Assembly: GCA_964016885.1 (NCBI GenBank) | Contig: OZ024741.1 | Span: forward strand, 141,174,001-141,238,000 | Direction: 5' to 3' | From: Eledone cirrhosa | Taxonomy: Eukaryota | Length of the DNA stretch: 64,000 nt | In this document: positions 13,704-27,900 of the stretch, in pieces | Position numbering within the stretch: the stretch's first letter is position 1 | Layout of the letters: each line of letters opens with the position of its first letter | Position numbers and translations under genes: made by a program | Notes under the pieces: generated by a model | Told to the model about the DNA's origin: nothing | The model's database searches: none | Seen by the model: the letters and a program-made list of their open reading frames with translations, nothing else

Positions 13704-13901
13704 CGAAATATGTAAAATAACTTGCCTTTGTTATTATTATCATTGTTAACCTAATATCTAATATATCAGACTGTGTATCTGAAGCAAGGACTCAGCGAAA
13801 CACGGAACCAATCTCTGGATCTCACTGAACTACTTGCTAACAGATTACATTGAGTTCTAACTACGGTATAGACCCTACCACGAAAGGTAGACCTCATTGA
13901 A

Positions 13902-13950
<49 letters not shown>

Positions 13951-13953
<3 letters not shown>

Positions 13954-14021
13954 TTTATTATGCGCATTTCCAAAGCAAAAATCATCATGGGATGATATTT
14001 GCGTTCTCATCAGATAAAATA
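13951..14021 (-). ncRNA. Minimal type I hammerhead ribozyme (inverted copy)
   Basis: Reverse complement has the same stem I, CTGATGA and GAAA-TGCGCA-TA, with a few stem II substitutions. Confidence 0.75.
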
Positions 14022-14352
14022 GGGAGACATGATATGAAGCTTAAAAAACATATTATTACTCACTATAGCATTTTTCTTATATTCTTGGCCATACAAACTA
14101 TATTTTTAATATATACTAATATTATCATTAGTAAATTTTGTAAACATATATTTGTTGACGTTATATTTTTTCTTCCTTAAATTTTCTTCTTTCTTCTCTC
14201 CTTCCGTGCTCGTGTTTCTTTCTTCCTCTTCCTTACCTTCGCCCCCCTCCTTTTTTTCCCAATCTCATATATCCATCTTACTTTATTTTCCATACGTTGA
14301 TTTAACACTTCACTGCTCGCAAATGTTTTTTAAGCTATATATCATGTCTCCC

Positions 14353-14423
14353 TATTTTATCTGATGAGAACGCAAATATCATCCCATGATGATATTTGTT
14401 TTTGAAATGCGCATAATAAAATA
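14353..14423 (+). ncRNA. Minimal type I hammerhead ribozyme
   Basis: TATTTTAT-CTGATGA-GAACGCAAATATCATC(CCAT)GATGATATTTGTTTTT-GAAA-TGCGCA-TA-ATAAAATA. Stem II 15/16 paired, perfect palindrome TGCGCA. Confidence 0.85.
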
Positions 14424-14543
14424 CATGGAACTCTTTTAACCATCTTTTGATCTTATATTATTTATACTCCAGTCCTATAAACTGTGGAGTGCTACTTATC
14501 CGATATTGCATTGCTTTATTGTGCTACAATAAAACTCACCTCC

Positions 14544-14654
<111 letters not shown>

Positions 14655-14901
14655 TATTGGAAAAAAGTGGATAATCGGCCACAGAAAACAAACTCTCATA
14701 TGCCTCTATGCCGAAAAGCTGTGTTACCGTTACACTAAAACAACTAACCACTAAATTCTGCCAACTTTAATGCTGATATAACACTAGTTATAATGTAAAT
14801 GCAATACAATGAACGTGGGAGATAGTATTGTCAAATTATTGATGTTTTTTGTTTTTTCTGTCAAGGAATGGGCCACAACGCGTTCATTATTATTATAAAA
14901 C

Positions 14902-15085
14902 ATTGGCAGTATCGGTAGAGGGTCTGACGCCATGCTTTGCGCATAGAGTTACGGCTCTTTATGACCTGAGTCCAAATCCTGCCGAGGTTAACTTTGTCTT
15001 TCATCCTTACGGGGTCCATAAAATAAAGTACCAGTAATGTACTGGTTAATTGCCGGCCTTGTGCCAAAAGTAGAAACAATTATTA
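14902..15085 (+). mobile_element. SINE family A (tRNA-like head; core CTTTCATCCTT.CGGGGTCGATAAAATAAAGTACCAG)
   Basis: A-box-like TGGCAGTATCGGTAGAG, B-box-like GAGTTCAAATCC, conserved core and ATT tail. More than 15 copies in the window. Confidence 0.8.
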
Positions 15086-18000
15086 TAAAATCCATGTGAT
15101 TAAATTGGAGGTACAGTAAATGGTCTAGCAAGTGAAGTACAGGAGCTTAGGTATATTCAATAGATGTGTCTTATAATCATTAATGGTGAATGAGACACAT
15201 GAGAACTCTAAATCCTGAACCATGTGTAACCTCAATAGCTAATTAAGACATGTGGTCTAATGGTTATGGTGTTGCATTCATGATTATAATGTGGATGGAT
15301 TCAATTCCTGGACAAGGTGACACGTGGTGTTCTTGAGCAAAATGTTGTATTTCATTTTGCTCCTCTCGAGAGTTGTGACCGGCAGATATTATTTGCAATG
15401 GAAACATTATTTCCTCGGTTCAATCAAACGAACCATTTAACGATCGATATGTAGTGGAGGCAATCCACAATATCAACCTGGGTTACCTTAACCCCAGGTC
15501 TACAAGGAATACATTTAAAACAGGATAACACCGATGTTTTGTTATTCCATTAAATTAGATTGTTATTTATATCCTTTAATCTCTTCTTACTTCCTTATCA
15601 TAACTGTTTAGTAAATTATCTACGTGTTTATCTACGCATTCGACACTTGTATCAATCTACAATCGTTTAGCAATTGACTTAGTTTCGGCATTAATAGCGT
15701 TATAAAGGTCCACATTGGTTTTCTTAATACTTTTAAATGATGTTAATTGTTAATATCAATAGGTATCTATTTTATAGAGACTCTATAGTCAAGGAGAGAG
15801 AAAAAGAAACGTTTATTAGAAGATAGGATAGTCAATATGGCTATAACTATAACGCTTATTTTGAAAGGAATTGCCGCACTTAGGAAATTTTTTATTAGTT
15901 TATCGTCTTCAAAAGGCGGTACTACTTTGATCTTATGTGAGGATATAGTAAAATGTTCAGTAGCCGTTAGAAGTAATGTAAGTTTTCGTAAGTAGAAATT
16001 CTTTTAACATACGATCTCTAATATCAACATATTTATATGTTCAAATAATGTTTTCGTTGAGGTGGGCTTCTGCTAAATCTAAGATGTAGAAGGCAGTAGA
16101 TATAAACAACTAATGCTGAGTCACATCACGAGTGAATGTCAGAAAACTAAAATGCACTTCTATTTCGCTAGTAATTATGAAGTTAAAACCATTGCTAAAT
16201 GATTAACCATTTTGATACGAAAACGCCTGAAACTGCCCATCATTGATAAAAAGAAAACCCTGCTCCTGTCCATATTTATTAAAACCTGTTAGTATACGTT
16301 TATGTAAAAACATAAGTAATGTTTCAAAGGGCTTACTAATGTAAAGCTTGCTACTAATTTACTCCATATTTTTGGTTATTTGCAAAATTCACTGAAACAT
16401 ATTGGCAGTATATTTCATTAGTAATATAAAGTCGAGTGCCGAGATATATCGATGAATACTCGTTAGTTCAAAGTTAGGATTAGCAATTAATGGCGATGTG
16501 TGTTCCAGTTGTTCTATCAACGGAACAGCTTACTCGTGAAATTAATGTGCATGTTGTCGAGGTTCCCACAGATGTGTGTACTCTTAACATAATCATCGGC
16601 GATTCAGCATAACAACATTTGAGAAAGTACAATCCAAACAGTTTCCGTTTACATAATTTCACTCACAAAGCAATCATCTTTTGACACCTAGTGGGAATGA
16701 ATACGGTGCGTAATGATGGCGAATCGAAATCCTTAATCATTCGTCTATTATTCGTCCACTAGCAAGCCATAAGTTATGAGCAATAATTACGTACATTAGA
16801 AAAAATGCTAATCTTTTACATCATCATTTCACCATGTATTACTTTCCTACCTACAAAGTATTAGCCAATCCGAGATTAGAGTATAGTACACTACACACAT
16901 GTTCTGTGCAGGTGCTGAGGTATCTCAAAAGCCAATAGAATTGATCAGAAATTCACAAGAACAATTTACTAAACATCCATATTATCACGAGCTAATGAAA
17001 TAGTTGTTCTTGCTTTGATTTGTCCCCGATCAATCTTGGTTGAGCTGAGTTATGATCAGATGTGTCCTAACCATACCCATTCCATTCTCCTCTCGGGTAA
17101 CACGTACCCAGGTTTTCCTCTTTTATGACTGTAGGGTTCAATTTAACTCTCAAGACCCTCTAGCACAATAAAACTATATTAGATAGTCATTTGTGAAAAT
17201 GAAAAAACTGCACTATGACTGCACTACATTAATATTAATGGATTTACTCTAATACAGCACATTTTCACAACAATATGTCGTCTAGTAAAGATACTATACA
17301 CATTTTGATTAAATCATATGAAACCATATTAGCAAAGACATTTTTTTAAAACAACATTACGAATGCATTACATTAACATTAAATTATTTACTCTAATGTT
17401 GAGAATTTTCACAATATTCTTTTAACTAGTAAACATCACAAAATCGTTTTAAATTTTCAAATTTTGAATTAACAAAACGGTTTTTAGATATTTTCTTCTA
17501 AATCATTACATGATGTTAAGAGTTAACGTTTTGGCTGATATTTCTAGCAGGAAACGTGTCCACCTAGACACCCTTCCACATTGGCTGCAGGTCTTTTATA
17601 ATGCAGTCTTTAGATCATCACAAATCATATCTCAAATAAAGGAATCTTATTACAGGCATGCCAATATATTCTGCTGTGTCACGAATGTAATTACAACACC
17701 CTCGCAGCTTTTCAGTAAATGGTGAATACTTAACAAAAGTTTATGGTTTACCGAGCCAAATTCTTCCCTAAAGCACGGGGGAATACTTCATGATATCAGT
17801 TATTGATACTCTGAGATTAGACATAAAATTGAATTCTCCATTACATACATTAAGCAATTCCAACAAATATTATATTATGACGACAGATTTATTGGATGGT
17901 CATTCATCTTTGCTTTGTATAATCCCTTACATACATGCATACGTACAAAGAAATATGTGCCAAATTAGATACAAATATAGAGATGCTGTGCATAGGTACC

Positions 18001-18587
18001 TCGTATATTCATTCAAGCATATATAAGAATGCAAATACATACGTGCATCCGTACTTATATAGACGTGAAAGCATGCGTACAGACGTATATAAATACATTC
18101 ATACATACATATATGAATATATAGATTCATAAACAGATTATGTATTTGTAGATGCGCGGGTGAATATGTGTGTATAGAACATGCCTGTCGATTAATTAAG
18201 ATCCTCGCCTGCTAATCATAATATGCCAGTCTTGATTCGAATACGTGTGAACTTAGACAATAGTATTATGTCATTACGATAACTTAGAGTCGACAACTGC
18301 CTTGTAAGAGAAATTGGGTAGAAGGAGGAGAGGTTGCTGAAGTTCGTCTGATATAATATAACTGTATTTTAAACTGTATCTGGCTGAATATTCCATTTGA
18401 TTGTCTATGGCAGAGTCATGACGGAATACGTGAACACTTCTACACTAATTCTATGATAAGGTAATTAGGTTGATCAACCCACTAAATATTCATTATCTAT
18501 ACGGTTTAGAGATCCATCAGCATTTACTTGGTGGGGGAACTAAATGAATCTATATGTGTGATTCAGTATTAATGGAACATATAATGA

Positions 18588-18830
18588 AGGCGCGTGGCTT
18601 AGTAGTTATGGTGTTCTGCTCACATGCATAGGTCGTGATTCTGATTCTCGGCACCCCGTTGTGTTCTTCAGCAAGACATTTTATTTCATGCTGCTCCAGT
18701 CCACTTGCCTGGAAATACTAAGTTACCATGTATTAGACTGAATCACGCTGAATCTCCCTGAGAATTACGTTATCTTTACTCGTATCTGTGCTATACTCAG
18801 CCGTAGGCATGTTAAGTATTGACCAAATGG
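18588..18830 (+). mobile_element. SINE family B
   Basis: Head GGCGCGTGGCTTAGTAGTTA (A-box-like), then GTGTTCTT.AGCAAGACA.TTTATTTCA..TGCTCCAGTCCACT and CACGCTGAATCTCCCTGAGAA.TACGTTA. Confidence 0.65.
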
Positions 18831-20299
18831 TACAATCGATTTCGGAAAGATGTTATGGGGACATTTGTCTGTAGAATGTTCAGCAATCTTCAAGGGAATT
18901 CTTGAGCAGACAGTGCTGTTGAGCCATCAGTTGGAGCACTTATTATCGATATCGATGCAGATCCATTCCAATTTAAAGAATTGTTTATAAACAGCGTACT
19001 GTCGGTAGCAGAATTCCTTGTTAGGAAACTTTCTGGAATGTGAAGAAAATGTAATGAATCTTAACATTTTGTATGTTAAAAATTGTAAATTACAAGAAGA
19101 AATCCTTCATTATTTGCAAGAGATCAGCATGGAATAATCACCCAGGCATAAATATGTGATAGGTGGTTTGACTTAATACTGATCAAAGATAATTTTATTA
19201 TTGTTCGATGGACTTCGCTAGTTTCTACGATGTGCGTTCTAATTGTCAGATCAAAGAATCAGGCTGCTCATGAAATTGTGTAAGTCTTTCACAAACACGT
19301 ATGCATTTAGATTAATTTTGAGCAGGATAGATAATTATGTTCAGTGCACATGGATTGTAGAATGTTCACCCACTTGCATATTAATTTCACGAGTAAGTTC
19401 CGCCACTGTTCAGATGTAACGTAGGTTTAACGCTCTATATATTGACAAGATTTATATTTAAGGAAACTTGCCAATGCTTTGTAAACAACCGAGTGGACGC
19501 TCTCAGATTCTATGACACCATATATGTGTTGACCCGCATCTAACCCCAACTGTACCACAATTTCACATGAAACAACAATTTCTGATCCAAACCACAAACA
19601 TGTCTTCTTGACGAACACAACATTCTATAATTTTAGCTTTGTTACTGATTTTCCACAAATCGGAGATTAATGCTATTTTCGTTTTCCTGGTTTTTTAAGA
19701 GAGAAATAAGAACTGGTTACATCAACTGTTATATAACTATTAAATATTTAACTATTTATAACAGAATTTGGAAAATTCCATCCAGTCATTATTGTAAACT
19801 GCGGATTTAGGAGACAAAAGCTAAATGCTGTAAATGCTTAATGTGTGTTTCCTGAGTTTTTCTGGAATCAACTTATCTAGGCAGTAAATTATTAATGGAT
19901 TATATTATGTTTAAATGGTTAAGATTTGTGTAAGACAATTTATTTCACAGTTTAGATTTATATCATGTCGTTGTCAACGACATACATAAAACTAAATAAA
20001 CGTATATCACTTCATCAAAGAACAACATGAAATCGGTTAGTATTGAGTTAATCTGACGAGAGTGGGTGGAATGGGATAGATAATGCGTAAATATTTCCAG
20101 CAACGTTGTAGGTGTGTTTGTATGGTGGGGCTCCTTCAATTCCAACGACGATTGTTTCAGTTGTTCGAAAAACGGAACAGTCTGCTCGTGAAATTTACAT
20201 ACATTTGGTTAATCAGTCCACAGACACGTGTACATTGAAGGTAATTCGGAGAGAAATTGACCTTGATAAATTGTAGAACAAAAGTGTCCCTTTGAATCC

Positions 20300-20378
<79 letters not shown>

Positions 20379-22420
20379 CTTTGTATTTCTAATTTTTCAT
20401 TTGTGTGTTTGTGTTTATATTCCGTATCTTAACGGTTCCACGAAAAATAAAGACCGATAAAATAAGTATCGGTCTTTAAATCATAAGTACTGAAGTGGAT
20501 ATTATCGACTAATTGAAGGTTATGCCCCAGCATGGTTACAGTCTAATGAAAAAAAAACGGTAAATAATAAAAGAATAAGTTTCCTATCCTAAATACGGGC
20601 AAGATTACAGATTCGAAGCAATAACTGTATGGTGAACTCTCTACTTGTATAAGGATTATCCCTCTCACTCACTAACCCTATCTTCTCACTCATCTTCTCT
20701 CGCTCTCTCTCTCTCCGTCATCAGTCACATCTAGTTAGGAAGTAATTCATTCTGCCTCCATCGCAATGTTTCACGATAATGTTATATCGTTTATCGGAGA
20801 GGGTAATCTGAGTGTGTGGCGGTAAATAATCGATCTGATGTGCAATATTGATAAATACCAATCAATGTTGACGTCCAGTTAAGATGGTTGTTGTGTATGT
20901 GTAAAGTGAAGAGCTATTGATCGCCTTTCGTAATGAATTCATTAATACGTGTTCGAGTAGTTTTGTACATTACCATGTACATATATTAACATATAAAGTG
21001 ACCAATACACACAGACACACACACACACGTGTATATGCGTGTTATGAAGACGCTAGGTCAAGTGGTTTGAGTGTTGAATCTCAATTATTAAGTCGTGATT
21101 TGGGTTCCAGGAACGGGTGACATATCGTACACATCAGTGAGACACTTTAGGTCATGTAGCTTCCGTCTGCTTCACCTAGAAAAAACTGAGTTGCAGCGGC
21201 ACGGGTGCTAGGTTATCGTCCTTTGCCGATATATCTATATATGTGTGTTTTGTGTGCGTGTATGCGGTTTTGGTTATGTATGTATCAGTTTGTGCTTGTT
21301 TATTATAGGGATTGTTTCTTTTGTTATCATTCGTATTCGGGTTACCTCTATTTCCAGGTCTTTATAACACATGATTTATTCGTGCACTGATACTCCGACT
21401 AGAAGGTACTTTTTTGTTAGAAATCATTATTATTGGTTGGGCGGTAATAAGCAGAGATATTGCCAGAATCGGTAGAGCGTCCAGTAAAGTGCTTTTCAAT
21501 ATTTTTACGGCTCTTTATATTTTTCGTTCACATCCAGCCAAGATCAACTTTGCCTCCCATCTCTCCGTCGTGTCGATAAAATATATCAGCCAACAACTGA
21601 GAAGATCGATTTAATCGATTTTCTGTTCCAAAGACATCACCCACACACACAGACACACACCTACAAAATAATTGCTGACCTTTTCCCAAATTCAGAAATC
21701 ATTATTATCATTATTTTTTTAAATAATAAAATACATTTTAAATAGTAGACATTCTGAAATGCTGCACCTGACTGAGATCTTAGTATGTAATTATAGTAAA
21801 TGAATTAGTCGACAAGGTAAATCATTTTCTCTCTAACACAATAAATATTATGGAACTGGACAAAACTTTCAATGAACTTCGCGACTTCGATTATCGATAA
21901 AGAATTATGTCGTGCCACAACATATTAATGTACAGTAAAGTATTGTATTCTGGAAGGAAATTTAATTATTACTGTTCGCTATTTTTCCTTGTCGCTGAAC
22001 ATATTCACATTTTGCTGTTTAGTAATTTTGACTTTAAGATATTTTAATTGAATCATTTTTATTCTTCACAATTATTTCTTATTTCCGAGTAATACACAAT
22101 ACAATACATTCTTATGAAGTCATCATAAATATATTAACCATACATACACGCATGTATAGTCTTACTATATATAGTAACTAAAGTTACTAATTGTGGAAGT
22201 GTACGTTTCTGTGTTGGATCTCCATCGGTTCCGACGACGATAGATCCTGTTGGTTCCATCAATGTGACACTGTATGAGAGCGCTGGTCAGTTGAATTAGA
22301 GATACAACTCACTCTCTTCAGCTCAGTGAACTGGAGTAAATTGAAATGAATATATCTTGCTGAAAGACAACGCACCGCTAGAAATCTTTCGATAGTGAAC
22401 CGAACACTCTAATTACTAAG

Positions 22421-22562
<142 letters not shown>

Positions 22563-25527
22563 GGTTGCGTTCCAATATGTTCTGAATTCAAATCCCGGTG
22601 AAATCAATTGTGCCATTCATCCTTCCAGAATCGATAAAATAAGGTACCAGTTATGTACTGGACTCCATATAATATCGATATTTCCCATCACAAAATTGAT
22701 TACGTTGTTCCTTAATTAGAAATCAGTATTATCCTATAATCTAGGCGCGAATCAGATTAATTAGGTTGATCTGCTCCCCATCGTAAGGTCACGAGATTGA
22801 TTCCCGAGATGTGGTGTGCTGTGTCCTTTAGGTCATGTTACTTCATTTCACTCACTTTGGAAAATATGAGTTATACCTCTAATTTTAAGAGTCAGCATTC
22901 TAACATATGTTACGTTGAATCTCCTTCAACAAATAATCTCTTTACATTCCAAGCAAGTCTCATTGTTTAGCGAGCATTCTAAATCTATAAGTAAAACCTG
23001 AGTAATTTACACAACGGTATGTTTTAGTTTCTTGTTATACATATTTTAATTTCGTATTTAACTCTGATGCTCTTGATGGAGAAAAGAATACAATGTCTCA
23101 CCCACAGTTACCGCTTATGCCAAGAGATATGAACCTATTCATTCATGAATGACTATGGGTTCTGTATCAATGACTTACTGACCATATTTGCCTCTCAGAG
23201 GCACAGGCCAGGGTAAGGTGCTTCTTTTGGAAGGCATCCGACGCCAATGAATGGAAGGCTCCTTTAACCATGACACCTATTATATCCAAGGGCAAGGCAA
23301 ATGCTGGTACCGCTTAGAATGAATGTCATCGCAAATCATATATACACTATATACATAGAGTATACATGATGTAAGACAAAGGGCGATATAGCATGATACT
23401 ACTGGTGCTGCAATTTATTTTTCGAGCTGCTTGAATTGGAGCAAGGTGAAATAAAATGTTTTGCTCAAGGACATAACATACCACCCGGATCGGAATTAAA
23501 CTCACAACTCTACGACCACTAAGCTACCCACCTTTACCTATAATTGCTTTCTATCTAACCAAACAGCACATTCGTAATAGTTTACTCATGCAATATGGCA
23601 TCTATTAAGCGTCGAACGATTTAGAAGCAGTTTCTATACTCGAATGAATACATAAATATTATGCAGTTATGTAGTCGATATTCACTCCACCATGTATTTA
23701 CTCTCCAATATATTTTTTTCCGTCTTGTGAAAAGAAATATTCTTTTCAGATAGAGAGGATAGTGGTGTCTCTAGAACTTTGGACTTAATCCATTATAGTA
23801 ACATTTCTGAGTGCAAATCTCACTGGAATCGACTCGTTCTTTAATAACTTCCTCGTCAATGAAATAAATAGCGAGATAAATTGAATCGATTTACATATTT
23901 CTCTACTGCAACAAATATTTTGTTGGTGCCAGGTGAAAGGAAATCGATACTTTTGAGCTATTCCGATGGATTCCGCCTGTGTAGAATATATTTCTATGTA
24001 GAATATATTCCTTAATCATTATATCAGTTAACACACACATGTCAAAAGATTTATTATATAAACATACTTTGCTACTCGGCATTGACAGAGAGTTGTATCT
24101 GTTTAAAATTTATAGCTAACATCTGCCCCCTTTTATAGAAATTAAAATGATTCAAGCATGTATAATATATCTAACTGCACATACATTCATACTCCATCAT
24201 ATGTGTATAGTTGTAAATTCTTTCAACACATTAAATGTTGCACTAGTACCTGTGCTTATTAACAATATAATAAATCCCTTATTAGAATAATTGGCTAAAT
24301 ACGATTGACGTTATCTGGTCAGCTTAACGTATCTGCTCCTCACTGAAGCTGATATATCAAACGATAATTCTGAATTGATAACGCCTGAGGTGAATTTACA
24401 TATATTGGCTCTTCGTCTATTGTTTTGAAATAATGGACATTAGCTATGAAATTATAGAATAATACATCTAGAATAATACACGGTAGATGTGTAGACCTCG
24501 GTTTGGTAATCAATCGCCAGATCATTTCATTCGTACACTAGAAATCAATATTCGAGGGATTTATTGATCATTCAACTTCCAAACAAAGCAAGTTACCCTA
24601 TTGATTTTCGAATAAACAGCGAGAAGTTGAATACATAAAAACTGCACGTTACTACTATTCCTCAACTAAATTCATACAAACTTTCAATATATAAATGCTA
24701 TATAAATAAATACATTTCTTTTATTTTTTTAATTTAACGCAGTTAATTATTGATAGTATATGAATGGCTTGTTTTGCTCAACGTCGTTCAACATGATTGG
24801 AATATATTTTCTTTTGAACTCAAAGGATGAACATTTTTCTATGTTCTTTCTTTACTTGTTCACGTTTCAGTCGTTTTCTATAATCTCATATATAATTCCA
24901 CTCTATGACACCGAACAAAACATCGAATATTTGTTTTGGGTAGGTGAGAATAGATTTCAGATATTTAAATAGTCTTTTTGACATAGCTCAGTCTATTTTA
25001 TCTCTCGGGAGCTACTTCGTTGCTGGGTTCAGAGACCGTCAAACCTTAAGCTTGGTATACAGCTAGTACGTATTCCATAGAACATACAAGGGCTACTTGA
25101 CTGATACTTGAATGTTAAAAATCGTGGTAATCGTGGTAAGAGCATGAAATAACTACAATAGAGTAAAAGAATACATAGTGAAATCACCGAAAACTTTCGC
25201 ATAATTTTAATTTAGTGAATCATTCAACTCAATACGGACCATGAACTGATCGTTTCCATTTTGTGTCGGTTTTCTCGGCAAAATCCGGACGAGAGCATCT
25301 CGCCTGAGAGAGGAGCACCATGAAGTGGAATGACTGAATCAGCGAGTATCGGTAGCTATCTTCTGCTGCAATGCTTTTACAATCATGTCAGATTTGGACA
25401 ATCTATATAGACCCGAGAAACAAAATATTCATTTGTTCTCCTCTTTCTTTCCAATCAGTCTACCGAAAAGTACAACAAGTTCATGATCAATCTATGTATT
25501 TTTATTATTATTTTTAGTTATATATTA

Positions 25528-26005
25528 TCTAATCTAATCTGGCTGCGTTTACACTCGCAAGAACCAGAGCCGCCCCAAGCAGCATTGGATTTGGTGTACT
25601 TCATATTTGTTTCGGTTGCTGAATACAATCAGGGGTCAATGCTTCTCCTGAAGGTCAATAGTTCTCTTCTAACTCGAGCGGGTGCGCCTTTCCATTCCCA
25701 ATTTGCATTGATCATCCGAAAATCCGCATTGTTCTCAGAACCACTACACCTGTCTCTTAATGCCTGCAGCAGCTGGAAATACTGCCACCCATTGGTTTGA
25801 CAGGATTTTCTTTTTTAGATGGCCGTTGGCTCTTATGAGTTCTTCCCCCCTTTGTCAGGTTTAGTTTTTTGTCCTGCAGTGTGTCCAAAATCACCCTCCT
25901 CACCAAGTTAACTTGGTGGGGTTGCCGGTTTAGTCACCGGCGACAAGACTATGTGACAGGTTGTACTGGGTTACACGCTACCAGTAGCACTCGAGAGTGA
26001 CCTGA
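25528..26005 (-). mobile_element. RTE-related non-autonomous element (5' UTR-like head, (ATTAG)n tail)
   Basis: Minus-strand AAACCTGACAAAGGGGG..GAACTC.TAAGAGCCAACGGCCATC resembles 42221-42268. Short tandem tail at 25528-25540. Partial second copy at 26803-26897. Confidence 0.55.
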
Positions 26006-27104
26006 CATTATATTCTAACTATATTAAAAGGTGGAACACTTATTTATGTTACATATAATGTTAGGAATTAAAAAGAATAAGGAAGGTGAGCACTGGCTGT
26101 AAACAGGTTCTCTAGGCATATCAAATCAATATATCTCAACTGTGCCCTGAGGACAAGATGTCAAATGCTGCTGCTCTGCGACATGGGGCTCTATTTTTCA
26201 AGCGTGTATGCGCTGTTGTCAACTTGGCGGAGGCAAACGACAATCCGGTACTAAAATGAAGAAATCGCTCAACTCTAGGTATTTGGATTGAAACAGTATT
26301 TTTCTCCAAATATGTATAGGCATCTTATGTTACAAATATATTATATTATATTACGTTGCTGTATAAATCGTTTCGATTACCTAAAAATATAGCAATTCAA
26401 ATTGCTCTAATCTACGCAGTTATCGAGGTATATGGTCGAATTCGATAATAATGAATATATATTCTTGCATTTTGAAAACTATTTATAGTTAGGCGTATGA
26501 CATTTTCCATTAGAGCTGGAAAATATTTGACTACTGACCAAGATATCCTCAGAATCATAAACTAAGTTTGATGTGACATAGATTATATGTATAGATATAT
26601 TAAATTGATCTACCTACCAATGACTGTCTGAAACTGCTACACGGACTCATTAAAGATAACGAAATACTTACTCAACATTTTTTGATTTAATCAGGCGTTC
26701 ATTTACGTTAAATGAACTAAGAATTTATCAGTGGATATCTCAAACTGACATCTAAAATGATTGATAAATCGGTAAGTGCCACTGCAAGCTGCTGAAATTG
26801 TGTGTTCTCAGAACCACTACACCAGTCGTTTGATGCGTGCAGCAGCTGGAAATACTGCCATCCATTGGTTTGGCAGGATTTTCTTTTTTAGATGGCCGTA
26901 ATATAGTAATATTCAAAGAATTAGGCAATGTAGAAGAACATGTTTTATTTCTTGTATTTTAAACACTACTTTTTTAGTGGAAAGGTCACCAAAAATATTA
27001 TAGAACTGTATCATAGCGTAATAAACGTCTCCATTATCAAAGGACGGGCATCAATGTGAATTAATAGAACATTATGATATTTCCTTATTACAGTTTTAGT
27101 ATAG

Positions 27105-27320
27105 GGTGGTGGTTTGGCCGAATCAGGAGGGCGTCGGACACCATGCTTTGCAGCATAAAGTTACGGCCTTTTATGATCTGAGTTCAAATCCTGCCGATAT
27201 CTACTTCGTCTTTCATTCTTTTGAGCTCGATAAGATAAAGTACCAGTAAAGTAACGAGATTGGTTGGATCGATTTTCACCTTCCGTAAATTCCTGGCTTG
27301 TGACAAAGTTAGAATTAATA
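27105..27320 (+). mobile_element. SINE family A, older subfamily
   Basis: Diverged head, B-box-like motif and GATAAAGTACCAG core. Similar old copies at about 4465, 21440, 22570, 29620, 52640, 52870, 56420 and 57090. Confidence 0.65.
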
Positions 27321-27491
27321 GGGCTGCACATACATTCATATATAGAGACAGGCAGAAAATATATAGTCTTGTGCAAAAATGTTTCTAATTGTAATTTAGG
27401 ATAACGCATCCATTGCGTCCAGATTTTTTTGTTGAGACACCACCCTTTCCATCTCTATTTCTTCTCTCACTCACCCCCTGATTCTCTTTCC

Positions 27492-27900
27492 TTCATCTAC
27501 CATCTCCCATGAATGTCTGTTTTCTGTTCAGTCCAACTGAATCAAGCAACAAAAGGAAGTTTGCGACGTGCAAATCGTGTTTTATGATGTCGTTGAGAGC
27601 TGCTTGACGTAGGAAGCGGTCGGCGCTGTTATGGCAAGATAGTGTATAAAGACCGAAAATGGCGACAGTGGACAGTAGTGGCATTTGTGTGGCTCACAGA
27701 TCCGGAGACCAAACCTCAGGGAAACGCCGATGCGGAAACTGTCGCTGTACAACTAAATAGCAAGGGTATTGCTTAAGTCAGGCACCGCTGTGGTGTTGGG
27801 AGGCGTATTAATCTGTCCGAGGCCATGTCACACTGGATGGCGTCTTATTTCATTAGGGAGGATTGGGCGTCCAAAAGGTGGCGGCCGAGTTGGTTCTGAC
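27492..27900 (-). mobile_element. Degenerate CRE/NeSL-like non-LTR fragment (zinc-knuckle region upstream of the REL endonuclease)
   Basis: Across frameshifts it reads QHHSGA*L..DSFRIGVSLRFGLRICEPHKCHYC..GLYTLSCHNSADRFLRQAALNDIIK. Confidence 0.65.

Larger units (their letters stand above)
13195..13762. mobile_element. Fold-back element (~275-bp arms, ~24-bp loop) with a hammerhead-like motif in each arm
   Basis: 13195-13470 is the diverged reverse complement of 13494-13762. Adjacent to (CA)n/(CT)n at 13108-13181. Confidence 0.75.
13947..14426. mobile_element. Non-autonomous Penelope-like element with ~105-bp inverted termini, each carrying a hammerhead
   Basis: 13947-14051 is the reverse complement of 14323-14426. 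Pyrimidine-rich spacer. Starts directly after (TA)n at 13903-13945. Confidence 0.75.

Noticed and set aside
16912-17003. Possible plus-strand terminal exon (AEVSQKPIELIRNSQEQFTKHPYYHELMK*)
   Set aside because: Only a weak acceptor and a short frame, with no homology recognised.
20690-20735. Minus-strand CTGATGA
   Set aside because: Followed by (GA)n with no GAAA or stems.
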